NCBI GenBank assembly: GCA_963665235.2 | Contig: CAXXLX010000001.1 | Coordinates: 512,001 to 576,000 of the forward strand | DNA length: 64,000 bases | Direction of reading: 5' to 3' | Source of the DNA: Candidatus Poribacteria bacterium | GTDB taxonomy: Bacteria > Poribacteria > WGA-4E > WGA-3G | In this document: in pieces, positions 1 through 10,218 of the stretch | Layout of the letters: each line of letters begins with the position of its first letter | How positions within the stretch are numbered: the stretch's first letter is position 1 | Program-made: the position numbers and the translations under genes | The notes under the pieces: generated by a model | The model's input: only the letters and a program-made list of their open reading frames with translations | What the model was told of the DNA's origin: nothing | Databases searched by the model: none

Positions 1-2944
1 CATCGTCGTAATCGATGAATGTGACCCATCTAGCAGCTCGGATTTCTGGGATAAACTGAGCCATCGTGGGGCGCGAATTAAGTTGATTAGTATCTATAAT
101 GAGCATGAGGTTAGGGGCGGAGGCATTAGCTACCATGACACGCCATCGCTGAATGACGAGCAGATTCGCAGCATCATTCAGAAACATATAACTATTTCTA
201 ATGCTGAAGCCGACGGGTGGGGTAAGCTCTGTAGTGGTTCGCCAAGGGTTGCACACGTCATCGGTGAGAACTTGGTAAAGCATCCCGAGGATTTACTTAA
301 ACCCCCTGGCACAGTTGAAATATGGGAACGTTATGTCGCTGCAGGTGATGACCGTGAGAAGACTGAGCGACAGCGGTTGGTGCTTCAACACCTCGCGCTT
401 TTTAAGCAGTTTGGCTATGAGCGCTCTGTTGCCAAAGAGGCAGAAGCCATCGCCAAAAAGGTTGAGAAGGCTGACCGGAACATCACATCACACGAATTTG
501 AAAATATCATCTATGAACTCCGAGAACGTAGGATACTGCAAGGCGAGTCTACACTCTATATCACGCCAAAGGCACTCCAGATTTGGTTATGGACGCAATG
601 GTGGGAAAGACATCACAGATTATTTAAGCTTGAGGATTTCACCGAAGGACTCCCCCCGAAATTGGTTGAACGGTTTTATGAGATGTTTGTCTACGCTGCC
701 GAATCGGGTGCGGCATCAAGAACTGTTGAGTACCTTCTCGGACCAAACGGTCCTTTTCGGGATGACGAATATCTGAAGACAAGGTTGGGTAGCCGTTTTT
801 TTCTAGCATTGGCTGAAGCGGAGCCCAAAGCAGCCTTAAAGTGCTTGACGCGTACGATAGGAACCTGGGATACGGATACCCTTCTTCAATTCACAGATGG
901 CCGAAGGGACGTAGTATGGGCACTTGGAAAGATTGCTATGAAGCGAGAGCTGTTTGTTGATGCCACGCGGTTACTCCTCGCCCTCGGTGAAGCAGAGAAT
1001 GAAGGTCGGTCAAACAACGCCAGCGGTATATTTGCTGGACTCTTTTCGCCCGGACGCGGCAGAGGCATACCGACCGAAGCATCTCCAGCAGAACGTTTGC
1101 CTGTCTTGAAAGAGGCGTTTGAATCAGGGTCGACAGAACGACGGCTGCTTGCATTGAAAGCCTGCAATGAAGGTTTGGAGCCCGACCATTTCTCATCGAT
1201 GTCTGGGACAGAATATCGGGAATTACGTAACGACATCGACTTTTGGGAGCCCAAAACTTACGGTGAACTTTCTGAGGCTTACCGTCAGGTATGGCATCTC
1301 CTGGCTGAACAATTAGAACGTTTGCCGATAGAAGAACGTGAAGAAGCTATAGGGATTCTCCTAAAACGTGCCCCGCGACTCGCAAGAAACCCGAACCTAA
1401 GTGATACGGTTGTTGACACAATGCAAACAATCGTCGAAAAAGCCTATGTTGATAACAGACTCCTTATTAAAATTGTTGTCGAGTTCCTTCATGATGAAGG
1501 CAACGATTTACCCGATGACCTAAAACAACGTTGGGAACACCTCAAGGATGAATTAATTGGTTCTGATTTCCATTCCATGATGCGCCGGTATGTGGCGATG
1601 AATTTACGTGTAGATACTTTCGACGATAATGAAAATTACCTCGAGGAAGGACATCCAAAAATTCGGACACTCGCCCAACAAGCTGTTGAGAATGCATCTC
1701 TTTTGGAATCGGAACTGCCCTGGCTTGTCACAACAGATGCAAAAAACGGGGACAGCTTCGGATACCAACTCGCGAAAAAAGACAATGGATTTGTCCTTCT
1801 ACCAATGCTTATTGAGGCACAAAGAAACGCGGGGGAAAATGCAAGCGCATTCTTTCTAGGTGGATATTTTCGCACACTCTTTGAAAGCAACGTATCGGAA
1901 TGGGAAGAGCAGCTTGACGCACTGGTTGAGGATACAAGACTAAATGTGTTAGTTGCAGAACTCACGTATCTCTCAGGAATGACAGATCGAGCGGGTTTAC
2001 GACTACTCAAACTTGCCAAAACCGAGGTCATGGATATCAAATACTTTGCATTTTTCTTCGGCAAGCGTACGACAGACAACCTATCCGAGAAAGTCTTCAC
2101 TGAATGGATTGCATTTTTGCTGGATTGCTCGGACAATTTGGCGGTGTCTATCGCGCTTAAACTGTACCATTTTTACTATATCCATGATAAACAGGAACCA
2201 ACGCCTCCGCGCGACCTAACGTTCCAGCTCCTCACTCGTCCAGCCTGGTTTGAAAACTCAATCCCAAATCAGATGAACCCCATGACAAGTCACTATTGGA
2301 CAGAAATTGCAAATGTCTTCCTAAACCTCTATCCGGAAAAGGATTTAGAGTTCATTGAACAAGTAATCCCCAATTTTGGGAAAAAGGGCACCATTTTTGG
2401 AACATTTACTAATACCGACGCGTCCTCTGTGCTGACTGAGTTGACAAAACGGCATCCAGAGCAAGTTTGGAAACACGTTAGCAAACGCTTAGAGGAATAT
2501 GACCGTTTCTTAGAAAAGTGGCTTAAAGAGGGTAATTCCAGAGATTCTTTTTCAACCCCGGAAGAAACGGGAGCGTTAGCCTTAATTCCACGTGAAAAAA
2601 TTTGGGAGTGGATTGATAACAATGTAGAGGAGCAGGCATGGTATTTCGCCTACAAACTCGTTCCCAAAACCCTTTCAGCAGAAGAATGGCAGGATTCTCT
2701 GACACGTGCCTTCCTTGTTCGTTACGGGGGCCGAGAAGATGTCCGAGAAAACCTAAGCGCAAATTACGGAACAGAGATATGGAGAGGGCTCCGTAGTCTA
2801 CACTTTGAAGCGAAAAGAGACAAGCTGCTTCGTATAAACGAAGGTGAAGACAACGCGAACGTCAAACGATGGCTTGAGGAGTATATACATCAGCTGGAAG
2901 GGAATATTAAACATGAAAGAATTGAGGAGGAAAGAGAATTCTAA
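1..2944 (+). CDS. STAND-like P-loop NTPase with long helical C-terminal region (5'-truncated by window edge)
   Basis: Frame is open from nt 2 (IVVIDECD, Walker B-like), followed by a GxP motif (CSGSPRVA), a winged-helix-like region and ~700 aa of helical sequence. Walker A and any effector lie outside the window. Confidence 0.6.
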   Translation, partial: IVVIDECDPSSSSDFWDKLSHRGARIKLISIYNEHEVRGGGISYHDTPSLNDEQIRSIIQKHITISNAEADGWGKLCSGSPRVAHVIGENLVKHPEDLLKPPGTVEIWERYVAAGDDREKTERQRLVLQHLALFKQFGYERSVAKEAEAIAKKVEKADRNITSHEFENIIYELRERRILQGESTLYITPKALQIWLWTQWWERHHRLFKLEDFTEGLPPKLVERFYEMFVYAAESGAASRTVEYLLGPNGPFRDDEYLKTRLGSRFFLALAEAEPKAALKCLTRTIGTWDTDTLLQFTDGRRDVVWALGKIAMKRELFVDATRLLLALGEAENEGRSNNASGIFAGLFSPGRGRGIPTEASPAERLPVLKEAFESGSTERRLLALKACNEGLEPDHFSSMSGTEYRELRNDIDFWEPKTYGELSEAYRQVWHLLAEQLERLPIEEREEAIGILLKRAPRLARNPNLSDTVVDTMQTIVEKAYVDNRLLIKIVVEFLHDEGNDLPDDLKQRWEHLKDELIGSDFHSMMRRYVAMNLRVDTFDDNENYLEEGHPKIRTLAQQAVENASLLESELPWLVTTDAKNGDSFGYQLAKKDNGFVLLPMLIEAQRNAGENASAFFLGGYFRTLFESNVSEWEEQLDALVEDTRLNVLVAELTYLSGMTDRAGLRLLKLAKTEVMDIKYFAFFFGKRTTDNLSEKVFTEWIAFLLDCSDNLAVSIALKLYHFYYIHDKQEPTPPRDLTFQLLTRPAWFENSIPNQMNPMTSHYWTEIANVFLNLYPEKDLEFIEQVIPNFGKKGTIFGTFTNTDASSVLTELTKRHPEQVWKHVSKRLEEYDRFLEKWLKEGNSRDSFSTPEETGALALIPREKIWEWIDNNVEEQAWYFAYKLVPKTLSAEEWQDSLTRAFLVRYGGREDVRENLSANYGTEIWRGLRSLHFEAKRDKLLRINEGEDNANVKRWLEEYIHQLEGNIKHERIEEEREF

Positions 2945-2976
2945 GAACTGTTCACCTCACCCGACTATTTCGTACA

Positions 2977-3001
2977 GCACAAACTAACAGTTTGCACTAC
3001 A
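2977..3001. repeat. REP-like palindrome (GCACAAACT-N3/4-AGTTT..CTAC family)
   Basis: Imperfect hairpin between convergent genes; related copies at 24091-24293, 35231-35255 and 49609-49633. Confidence 0.6.
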
Positions 3002-3011
3002 AAAAATTACC

Positions 3012-3722
3012 TTAGTCTAAGGTTTCCCCAACCGCTAACGAAATAATTTCCACATCCTGGGATGCTGTCAATTTTCGGAGTTCTTCCGGGGTGCCTGTTA
3101 AGAGTGGAAAAGTGCCGTAATGGATAGGCAAAATCGCCGGCACATTGAGCAATTCTGCTGCGTAAGCCGCCTCACGCGGGCCCATCGTGAAATGGTCACC
3201 GATAGGCAGAAGTGCCAAATCGGGTTGGTAAATCTCACCTATAATTCGCATATCCCCGAAGACGTTGGTATCCCCAGCATGATAGATTTTATACCCGTTC
3301 GCAAACTCAAGCACGTAACCAGCGGGTTCCCCCAAATAGACGATTGTTCCATCTTCCGTTGTGAAGCTACTGCTATGATTTGCTGAAACCATCGTCGCTT
3401 TTACCCCCGCAACCGTTACGGTGCCCCCCTTGTTCATACCTATCGTGTTTTCCACCCCCTGACTGCCAAGCCATCGTGCTATCTCTACGATAGACACAAC
3501 CGTTGGCGTGTGTTTTTTGGCGAGCGAGACTGCATCACCAATATGGTCAGCGTGCCCGTGCGTTATGAGTATCACATCGAGCGTGTCGAAGGTTTTGAGG
3601 GTGTCCGGACAGACAGGATTACTTGCAACCCAGGGCTCCATGAGGAGGGTTTTTCCATCCACCTCAATTTTGACGGTGGCATGTCCCAGCCATGTGAGTT
3701 GAATACCGTTGTTAAGTTTCAT
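3012..3722 (-). CDS. Metallo-beta-lactamase-fold metal-dependent hydrolase (UPF0173/UlaG-like)
   Basis: WLGHA, THGHADH, YHAGDT and PIHYGTF motifs. Confidence 0.9.
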   Translation of the reverse strand: MKLNNGIQLTWLGHATVKIEVDGKTLLMEPWVASNPVCPDTLKTFDTLDVILITHGHADHIGDAVSLAKKHTPTVVSIVEIARWLGSQGVENTIGMNKGGTVTVAGVKATMVSANHSSSFTTEDGTIVYLGEPAGYVLEFANGYKIYHAGDTNVFGDMRIIGEIYQPDLALLPIGDHFTMGPREAAYAAELLNVPAILPIHYGTFPLLTGTPEELRKLTASQDVEIISLAVGETLD

Positions 3723-4840
3723 GATGTTTTCTCTAAAATCTCCTTTAATCTTTGTGCGATAATTTCCACTTCACCCGGCATCAAGGTTTGTCCGTTGATA
3801 AGTACGCCGTTTGTGCCTGCACCTGCAATATCTATAGAAGGTTCACCTTCAGCAAGTTGTTGGAGAATTTCGTCGCGTGTGATACCTATCTGTTCAGCGT
3901 CAAATCGGATTTCCGTTCGGGGCATAGGTTGTCCCGCCTCAGATGGGAAGCTTCGATGCACTGAAACTCCTCTGATGTCCTTAAACATCGACGTATAGTA
4001 GGTAACCTGAGCCTCGTAGGATTGCATCAATTGTGTGTGGTCTTGATTCAGGTACCATTCCACGGCAGCCAGCAAGCCGACCATCTCCTCTTTACCGACC
4101 TTCATGCCCCTACCGATGAAGGGATGCGGGGGACCGTTGAATGCAATCGCCTCAATCAGCGATTTTTTACCGACGATGAGTCCACTACTTTGCGGACCGC
4201 ACAACCCTTTTCCGCCGCTAAACAGAGCCAAATCTGCCCCGAGCTGTGTGAATCGCCACAAGTTTTCTGGCGGGGGCAGCTGTGCCGCGGCATCAACGAT
4301 AAGGGGGACACCGTGCCTTTTGGCAATTTCAATAGCCTTTTCGTACGGTACCCAGAGATGTGCTCTACTGGGGTTCGCGAAGTAAAAGATTGCCGCGGTC
4401 TTCTCCGTGATAGCACTTTCAAGGTCCTCAGGCGTTGTGCCGTTTTCATCTCCTATCTCCACGAGTGTGACACCGACCTGTCGCACGGCAAAATCGTATC
4501 CGACTCTACCGTGGCGATGCACAATGACCTCACTTTTCATAGAGTCGTCAAGATGGGGCAATTTCCCACGTTTGGCAGCATCTAATCCCGTGATACAAGC
4601 GGCAGTGCTGAGCGTCAACGCTGCTGCAGCACCGCAGGAAACATACGCTGCTTCGTTATGAGTGAGTCTCGCTATCTCTTCACCGACCCGCTTTTGGAGT
4701 TCAACAATATCCACAAAATGCTTTGAGGCCTCCGCCATCGCGGAGACGACTTCAGGCGGCATGATGGAGCCGCCGAGACGTGTCAACGTTGCGTTCCCGT
4801 TGATAACAGTGCGAATGCCTAAGCGTTTGTAGATTGACAT
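3719..4840 (-). CDS. SelA-like / DgaE-family PLP-dependent enzyme
   Basis: VINGNATLTRLGGS, VDAAAQ, PLP lysine in FSGGKGLCGPQSSG, IGRGMKVGKEE. Confidence 0.85.
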   Translation of the reverse strand: MSIYKRLGIRTVINGNATLTRLGGSIMPPEVVSAMAEASKHFVDIVELQKRVGEEIARLTHNEAAYVSCGAAAALTLSTAACITGLDAAKRGKLPHLDDSMKSEVIVHRHGRVGYDFAVRQVGVTLVEIGDENGTTPEDLESAITEKTAAIFYFANPSRAHLWVPYEKAIEIAKRHGVPLIVDAAAQLPPPENLWRFTQLGADLALFSGGKGLCGPQSSGLIVGKKSLIEAIAFNGPPHPFIGRGMKVGKEEMVGLLAAVEWYLNQDHTQLMQSYEAQVTYYTSMFKDIRGVSVHRSFPSEAGQPMPRTEIRFDAEQIGITRDEILQQLAEGEPSIDIAGAGTNGVLINGQTLMPGEVEIIAQRLKEILEKTS

Positions 4841-4848
4841 GTAGCGGT

Positions 4849-5654
4849 TTATCCGACCTCTTGGCCGTCCAATTTGCCGACGTGTAGGTCAATTTCATCG
4901 CGTGACTCAATTTTCTCAACCTTACCATCCGCCATGTGGAAAATCCGATCGGATACATCGAGCATCTTATGGTCGTGTGTTGCGGTGATAATAGTTACGC
5001 CGTTTTCGTCATTGAGTCGGCGGAGCAGTGCGATGATTTCAAGTCCGGTTTTGGTATCCAGGTTACCCGTAGGTTCATCCGCGAGGACAATCGCCGGGTC
5101 GTTAGCGAGCGAACGCGCAATTGCAACACGCTGCTGCTGCCCCCCGACAGTTCTAACGGTTTATGTTGCACACGGTCCCCCAATCCGACGAGCGAAAGCA
5201 GGTCAACCCCCTTGTCTCTACTTTCGTCAGCACTCATGCCAGCGAAAATCATCGGAAGAGAGACGTTTTCAAGAGCCGTCATGACAGGAATAAGGTTAAA
5301 CGATTGAAAGATATAACCGATTTTCCGACAGCGGAGCCACGCCAGCTCATAAGCGTCAAGTTGGGCGATGTCCACCTCGTCAATATAGACCCTGCCTTCG
5401 GTAGGTTTATCCAATCCGCCAATCATGTTAAAGAGCGTTGACTTCCCGGAACCGGAGGGTCCCATAATAGAGATGTATTCCCCGCGCTGGATTTGGAAGT
5501 TGACACCGCGGAGGGCATCCACAGTTTGCGTCCCCATTTCGTACCGTTTGATAAGGTTTCGGACGCGAACGGTATTCTCCTTCGGCAGGAGACGTTGAAA
5601 TCTTTCAGGTGTTTCAGTGAGTGTCCGTTGTCCACCGCCTATTTCTGTTTGCAT
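4849..5654 (-). CDS. LolD/MacB-type ABC transporter ATP-binding protein, frameshifted at a G homopolymer (~5140-5145)
   Basis: GPSGSGKST Walker A; adding one G after LSGG restores QQQRVAIARSLANDPAIVLADEPTGNLD...ATHD to a stop at 4849. Confidence 0.9.
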
Positions 5655-5715
5655 ATCTATTTTTTCTCCTTTTGTGAGGCATGCAACGGGGAGACCATTT
5701 CGTTTTCGGTTTGCT

Positions 5716-8048
5716 TCAGGAATTAGCACGGTTTCCGGTATTTTGCTTAGCCTCTCGCAGCTGCTCGTATTTCTTCAAGAATTCGGTATGTGCATCCCGG
5801 ACCATGCGGAGTAAATCCGTATATCGCCTGATGTAGATTTGCGACTTCTCCAAATTTTTACGCTTTCCTCTTACGTAAGACGTATCAACCAAATCTCCGC
5901 AAAGGAGATACCCCGTAACCTCCTCAATTTTGTAGTTCGGGTCTGATGTTCGTTGAATATAGTCTCGCATAAAGATAACATAGTCCTCAATTTGGTGGAG
6001 TTCTTCCCGAGAAGCTCTCGATTTGGCCGTTTTATTTCCACAACGACTAGATGTGTGCTTGCTCGTACACAGAGGAAATCGATCCGTTTGTTTTCCGCTG
6101 GTACAGTGCTATCTTCCGGAAATTTATCGCGAAGTAATTGACTATAGGTGACTTCGTCAGCCACCAATGTCCAACGTGGGTCGATGACCCAAGGAAATTC
6201 TTTCAAGAAATTGTGGAGCGTTGGTACTTCCAGGGCGTTGTTTTCAATCAATTCCTGAAGTTTTTCTATGGTAGTTATCCGTCCTTTGGTAACGCGTGCC
6301 ATTTCTTTCGCTTCAACGATTTCCCATTCCCGGAATAAATTGAGAAGCGCATCGATATCTTCAAACGCCGTTTCAGTTAATTCTTCAGCGATTTCCCAAA
6401 AGGCATCGAACTCCAGAAAATCCAGACAGTTTTGGATAAGCGGCTCAAGCTCTTTGGTGTCAGCAATTGGATTTTTCGTAATTGCTTGACGGATGAGTTG
6501 GTCCGCTAGTTTCAATGCGCGCTTATTGCCTGTTGCTTCCGCTTGCTCCTTGAATTTAACATATTGTTCGTTTTCTTCCAACTGCTTTTCTTTATCCTGC
6601 CGGCGCTTTTTAGCCCACAAACTTGCGATTTTATTGACCTTTTTTGCTCCCCACTCTTTGAGAGCAGTATTAGCTTCTGTCTCCCAGACCAATGAGTTGC
6701 GCGTTGTGCTAATCGTATCCTCTCCTTCGTCAACAAATTCGGTATGGAGTTCACCAATAAGGTAAGAGAGCGCGTACTGCTGACCGACAACTGCGTCGAA
6801 AACAAACGGTTCTTGCACAAGTTTACCTCTCGCCATAAGGACAATGCCACGGTTTATTCCATCAATCTTTGATGTTGTTCGCTCTAGGGCTCCAATCCAA
6901 CCCGACACTGTCCAACCTGTTTCTTCCTCTATCTCCACATTATCGTACTCCCACAGGTACGGCTCACCGTTCATATCTTTTGCAAGTAGACGTTTCAAAT
7001 CCCGCTCCTCAACCGAGATTGGGGTACCGTTAATTATCACCTCAAAGTTGTGTTTTTCCCCAATGACAGCGAAACGTCTGGCGAGTCCTCTACGGATTGT
7101 GTCAATTGGAATACGGCGATTTTTGAATTTTGTGAAATATCTGAGTGTAATCTTTGTACCGATAGAGAACACTTTCAGTGGCAGGCAATCGCGGTAATTC
7201 AATAAATCGTTCATCTGCTTTTTCCAAGAGTTCGTCGTAATTCATTCGGAAATGGCTAACCTCTACAACATTTCCTTAGCGATACCAGCGGAAAATTTGC
7301 CAATACCTTTCCTACCCATGATTGGACGCTCGTGAGGCGGCGGTGTTTTGTCAACCTGCTCTTTTTCGCGCCGATCGCGACCGATAATCAAATATTTTTC
7401 TCGCACATCCCTATCTGACATACCGACACCATTATCACTAATGATGATTTCTGAAGTTTGTTGGTTAATTTGCCCCTCTGGGATTGTAATCTTAACTACA
7501 GTCGCATTTGAAAATTTGCCAATACCTTTCCTACCCATAGGAATTTTACGTTCGTGAGGTGGCTGTGTTTTGTCAACCTGCTCTTCCTCCCGCCGATCGC
7601 GACCGATAATCAAATATTTCCGCAATGAAATACCCCTATCTTGTGCTGGATGCACAAAGCGTCCAGAGTAAACATCCGCGCATGACATGCCGATACCATT
7701 ATCACTAATGATGATTTCTGAAGTTTGCTGATTAATTTGCTCCTCTGGGATTGTAATCTCAACTACAGTCGCATTTGCATCCCAAGCGTTTGCAACCAAT
7801 GTTTGGCATCAAGCAAATTCGCGTCAGCCCAAAAACCGTGCTGCTTTAGCATAGAGCAATTCTTCGTAAATTTCTTTTCCACAAGCGTTAATTCTCAACG
7901 AGAATAAAATCCGGAGGGCATTCTTCTACAATTCGCGCAAAGGCTAATAAAAGTACTTTCCGTACATCTGCAAACCGAGGTGTTTAATGGTCCCAATGTC
8001 AAACTTCATCTCGTAGGGGTTTTTCTTAGGAATTTCGGCTTGATGCAT
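5716..8048 (-). pseudogene. GHKL (MORC/Hsp90-like) ATPase fused to C-terminal PD-(D/E)xK nuclease-like domain, fragmented
   Basis: Pieces in different frames: MHQAEIPKKNPYEMKFDIGTIKHLGLQMY (from 8048), VANAWDA, DNGIGM, GRKGIGKF (duplicated internally), then RIDFL...VVVEIKRP; further shift near 6010. Confidence 0.75.
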
Positions 8049-8109
8049 AAAGTACCTCTTCAGAGTGTTCTATCAAATACAGCGGAGTCAACCAATTTTC
8101 ACGTGCCGC

Positions 8110-8574
8110 CTACTTTTTCTGTAGGAATCCAAAAAAGCCTCGCTTTTCGGGGACAGGTGTTGTTGCAGTATTCGGTTTCGCGTCTGTCGGTATAGCAAAT
8201 CCGATGAAATTCCGTTTACCGAGCTGTTGTATGAACGTAAAAAGCGACGTTTCCGCCTCCTTTCGGGTCAGTTGATGTTTCTTCTGGAGTGCCTTGATAA
8301 TCTGTGAAATGGTATGCTCCCCATCACACATCTGCCACACATACGCACCTATGCTATCTAGCACGACAACCCGTTTATCGGGAAGCATAAAGAGTTTACT
8401 TGTAAGCCGTATCCAGAATTTGTCTTTCTGCGGAATGACAAGTGAGGCTTCCCCTTTGTCGTCCATTTCCCACGTTATCAGCTGATTCCGTAACGGAAAG
8501 GCTTTGAGGATTTTACCTCTATCTACATCGGGACGTTTTTTGAGTTTAAGTGAATATAGAATTTTGTTGAGCAT
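8110..8574 (-). CDS. PqqD-family (RiPP recognition element-like) protein
   Basis: LDSIGAYVWQMCDGEHTISQI...FIQQLGKRNFI matches the PqqD winged-helix signature. Confidence 0.85.
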   Translation of the reverse strand: MLNKILYSLKLKKRPDVDRGKILKAFPLRNQLITWEMDDKGEASLVIPQKDKFWIRLTSKLFMLPDKRVVVLDSIGAYVWQMCDGEHTISQIIKALQKKHQLTRKEAETSLFTFIQQLGKRNFIGFAIPTDAKPNTATTPVPEKRGFFGFLQKK

Positions 8575-8658
8575 GTGTTGTTTTTTTGCCTATTGTTCCA
8601 GTTACGTTCACCGCTAGCGAGGCGGAACTATATGGTGGGTAGGACGAAAACCGCTGCA

Positions 8659-9657
8659 TCAGTGACAATGGATGCTGTCGGCGACCTGTTGTGCTATCTT
8701 TTCAGCATCCACTCGCCCGATAGATTGCACCACATAAATCCGATTGGACTCATAACAGTGTCTTATATGAAAGACAAGCCTTGTCCGTTTGCGTAGTTTG
8801 TCCAATACCAGCACCGGTGCAATCGGGACATAATCGTAGAAGCGCGTCTGCTGTCCAATCAGCGTCAACCATTGGTCACCCTGTACGTCCTGCTGCGTGA
8901 CCTCAAAGCCGTATCCACGAATTGCCTTTGCGTACTTTGCCCGGAACCAAGTCTCTAGGGGTGTCGATTCAGTGCTGTATGCATTCAGCAAGACCTCGGC
9001 GGGGCCATAACGTTCTACGCTAATTTTTCGACTTTTTCCTTTGTTAAATGCAAATAACAGATAGCCGCTGAGCAGTTTCTGACGTTCCAATTTAAAGATT
9101 CTCGGGACAGCGAGCCTGAGTCCATAAGCACTCCAGAGGGTGTGTGTGTCCGTGGCACCGTAGTCAGAAATGGAGTGGAAGATATGTTGAACTGTGGGGC
9201 GCCAGTTCTCTTTCAGCCGTCCCATGACTTGTACGATGGTAATCCGCTTGGCAGTTGGGTTGTGCACAATTAACCCGTTGGCGCGGATACCCCCTTTCCA
9301 ACTGAAACCGATGACAGTTCTACCTTTTAAAAAATCTTCATCCTTGACGAGGTCAACATTTCTTCGGAAGGAGACCTCGCCGGTCCGCTTATAGTTTTTC
9401 CGGACTAATTTGAAGTATTCATCAAGCGTTTTATGGAGGTCAGGTTTTTTCTGACGTGATTTTGCCCATTTGAGTTCTAAGCGTGGCATCTCTGCATCAT
9501 CCATTCGGAGGTACCCATTTTTCTCATCCCCGCTGAGCCCGCTGATTTCCCATGTTGCCGGAATGTCTATTTGAATGCCTGCCCAACCAAATTTTTCAAA
9601 TTCTCTCGTTGAAGAGGATTCTGTTTTAGAGATAGAATCGGGTGATTTCTGCTTCAA
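8659..9657 (-). CDS. Hypothetical protein (332 aa)
   Basis: Long ORF co-oriented in the gene run with GAGG upstream; no recognised motif. Confidence 0.75.
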   Translation of the reverse strand: MKQKSPDSISKTESSSTREFEKFGWAGIQIDIPATWEISGLSGDEKNGYLRMDDAEMPRLELKWAKSRQKKPDLHKTLDEYFKLVRKNYKRTGEVSFRRNVDLVKDEDFLKGRTVIGFSWKGGIRANGLIVHNPTAKRITIVQVMGRLKENWRPTVQHIFHSISDYGATDTHTLWSAYGLRLAVPRIFKLERQKLLSGYLLFAFNKGKSRKISVERYGPAEVLLNAYSTESTPLETWFRAKYAKAIRGYGFEVTQQDVQGDQWLTLIGQQTRFYDYVPIAPVLVLDKLRKRTRLVFHIRHCYESNRIYVVQSIGRVDAEKIAQQVADSIHCH

Positions 9658-9691
9658 ATCGGCACCTCAGGATATAGCAAATAACCAAAGT

Positions 9692-10012
9692 TTAATCGCG
9701 TGTGGCAATTTGCTGCCACAACCGAATTGTTTTGTCGTCGCTTGCACTGGCGAGCGTTTTCCCATCGGGACTCCACGCTACTGAGTTGACATTATCTGTA
9801 TGTGCCATCAAAGTTTGCATGAGTCTGCCTGTGTGAGGCTCCCACAATTGAATTTTGTTGTCATTGCTTGTACTAGCGAGCCAACCTTCATTAGGATTCG
9901 GATTCCATGCCAGTAAAAACTCTACCCACCGAGGTATTGTATAACAAGCACTTAGTGATAAGATTACGGCAAACGAAGCGATCATTAACCAGATTAAGCG
10001 GTTTCTAAACAT
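9692..10012 (-). CDS. Short WD40-repeat protein with signal/lipoprotein-like N-terminus (possible remnant)
   Basis: AHTDNVNSVAWSPDGKTLASASDDKTIRLW; only ~2 repeats; LSLSAC; GAGGAG RBS. Confidence 0.7.
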   Translation of the reverse strand: MFRNRLIWLMIASFAVILSLSACYTIPRWVEFLLAWNPNPNEGWLASTSNDNKIQLWEPHTGRLMQTLMAHTDNVNSVAWSPDGKTLASASDDKTIRLWQQIATRD

Positions 10013-10218
10013 ATTTCAATCTCCTCACAAGGCTGGCATGTGCTCTATTTTTTCTTACCTGATTTGTCCATGGTCTCAATTAAGCCATCACCTGCTTTAT
10101 TACATGAAATCGGCCGACAAACCGGCTGTTTCTATTGACAGTTTTCAGAAATCCACCACTTTCATCGGCATTTATTTTGAGGTATCCCTCAACAAATCCC
10201 TAACATCAGATTAAAAGA

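Noticed and set aside
2004-2015. 12-nt match (TACTCAAACTTG) to the predicted guide after 34844
   Set aside because: First guide base mismatches, no TTAT motif adjacent; compatible with chance.
3719-4840. True selA
   Set aside because: Shorter than SelA, DgaE-like motifs, no selB/selC/selD nearby.
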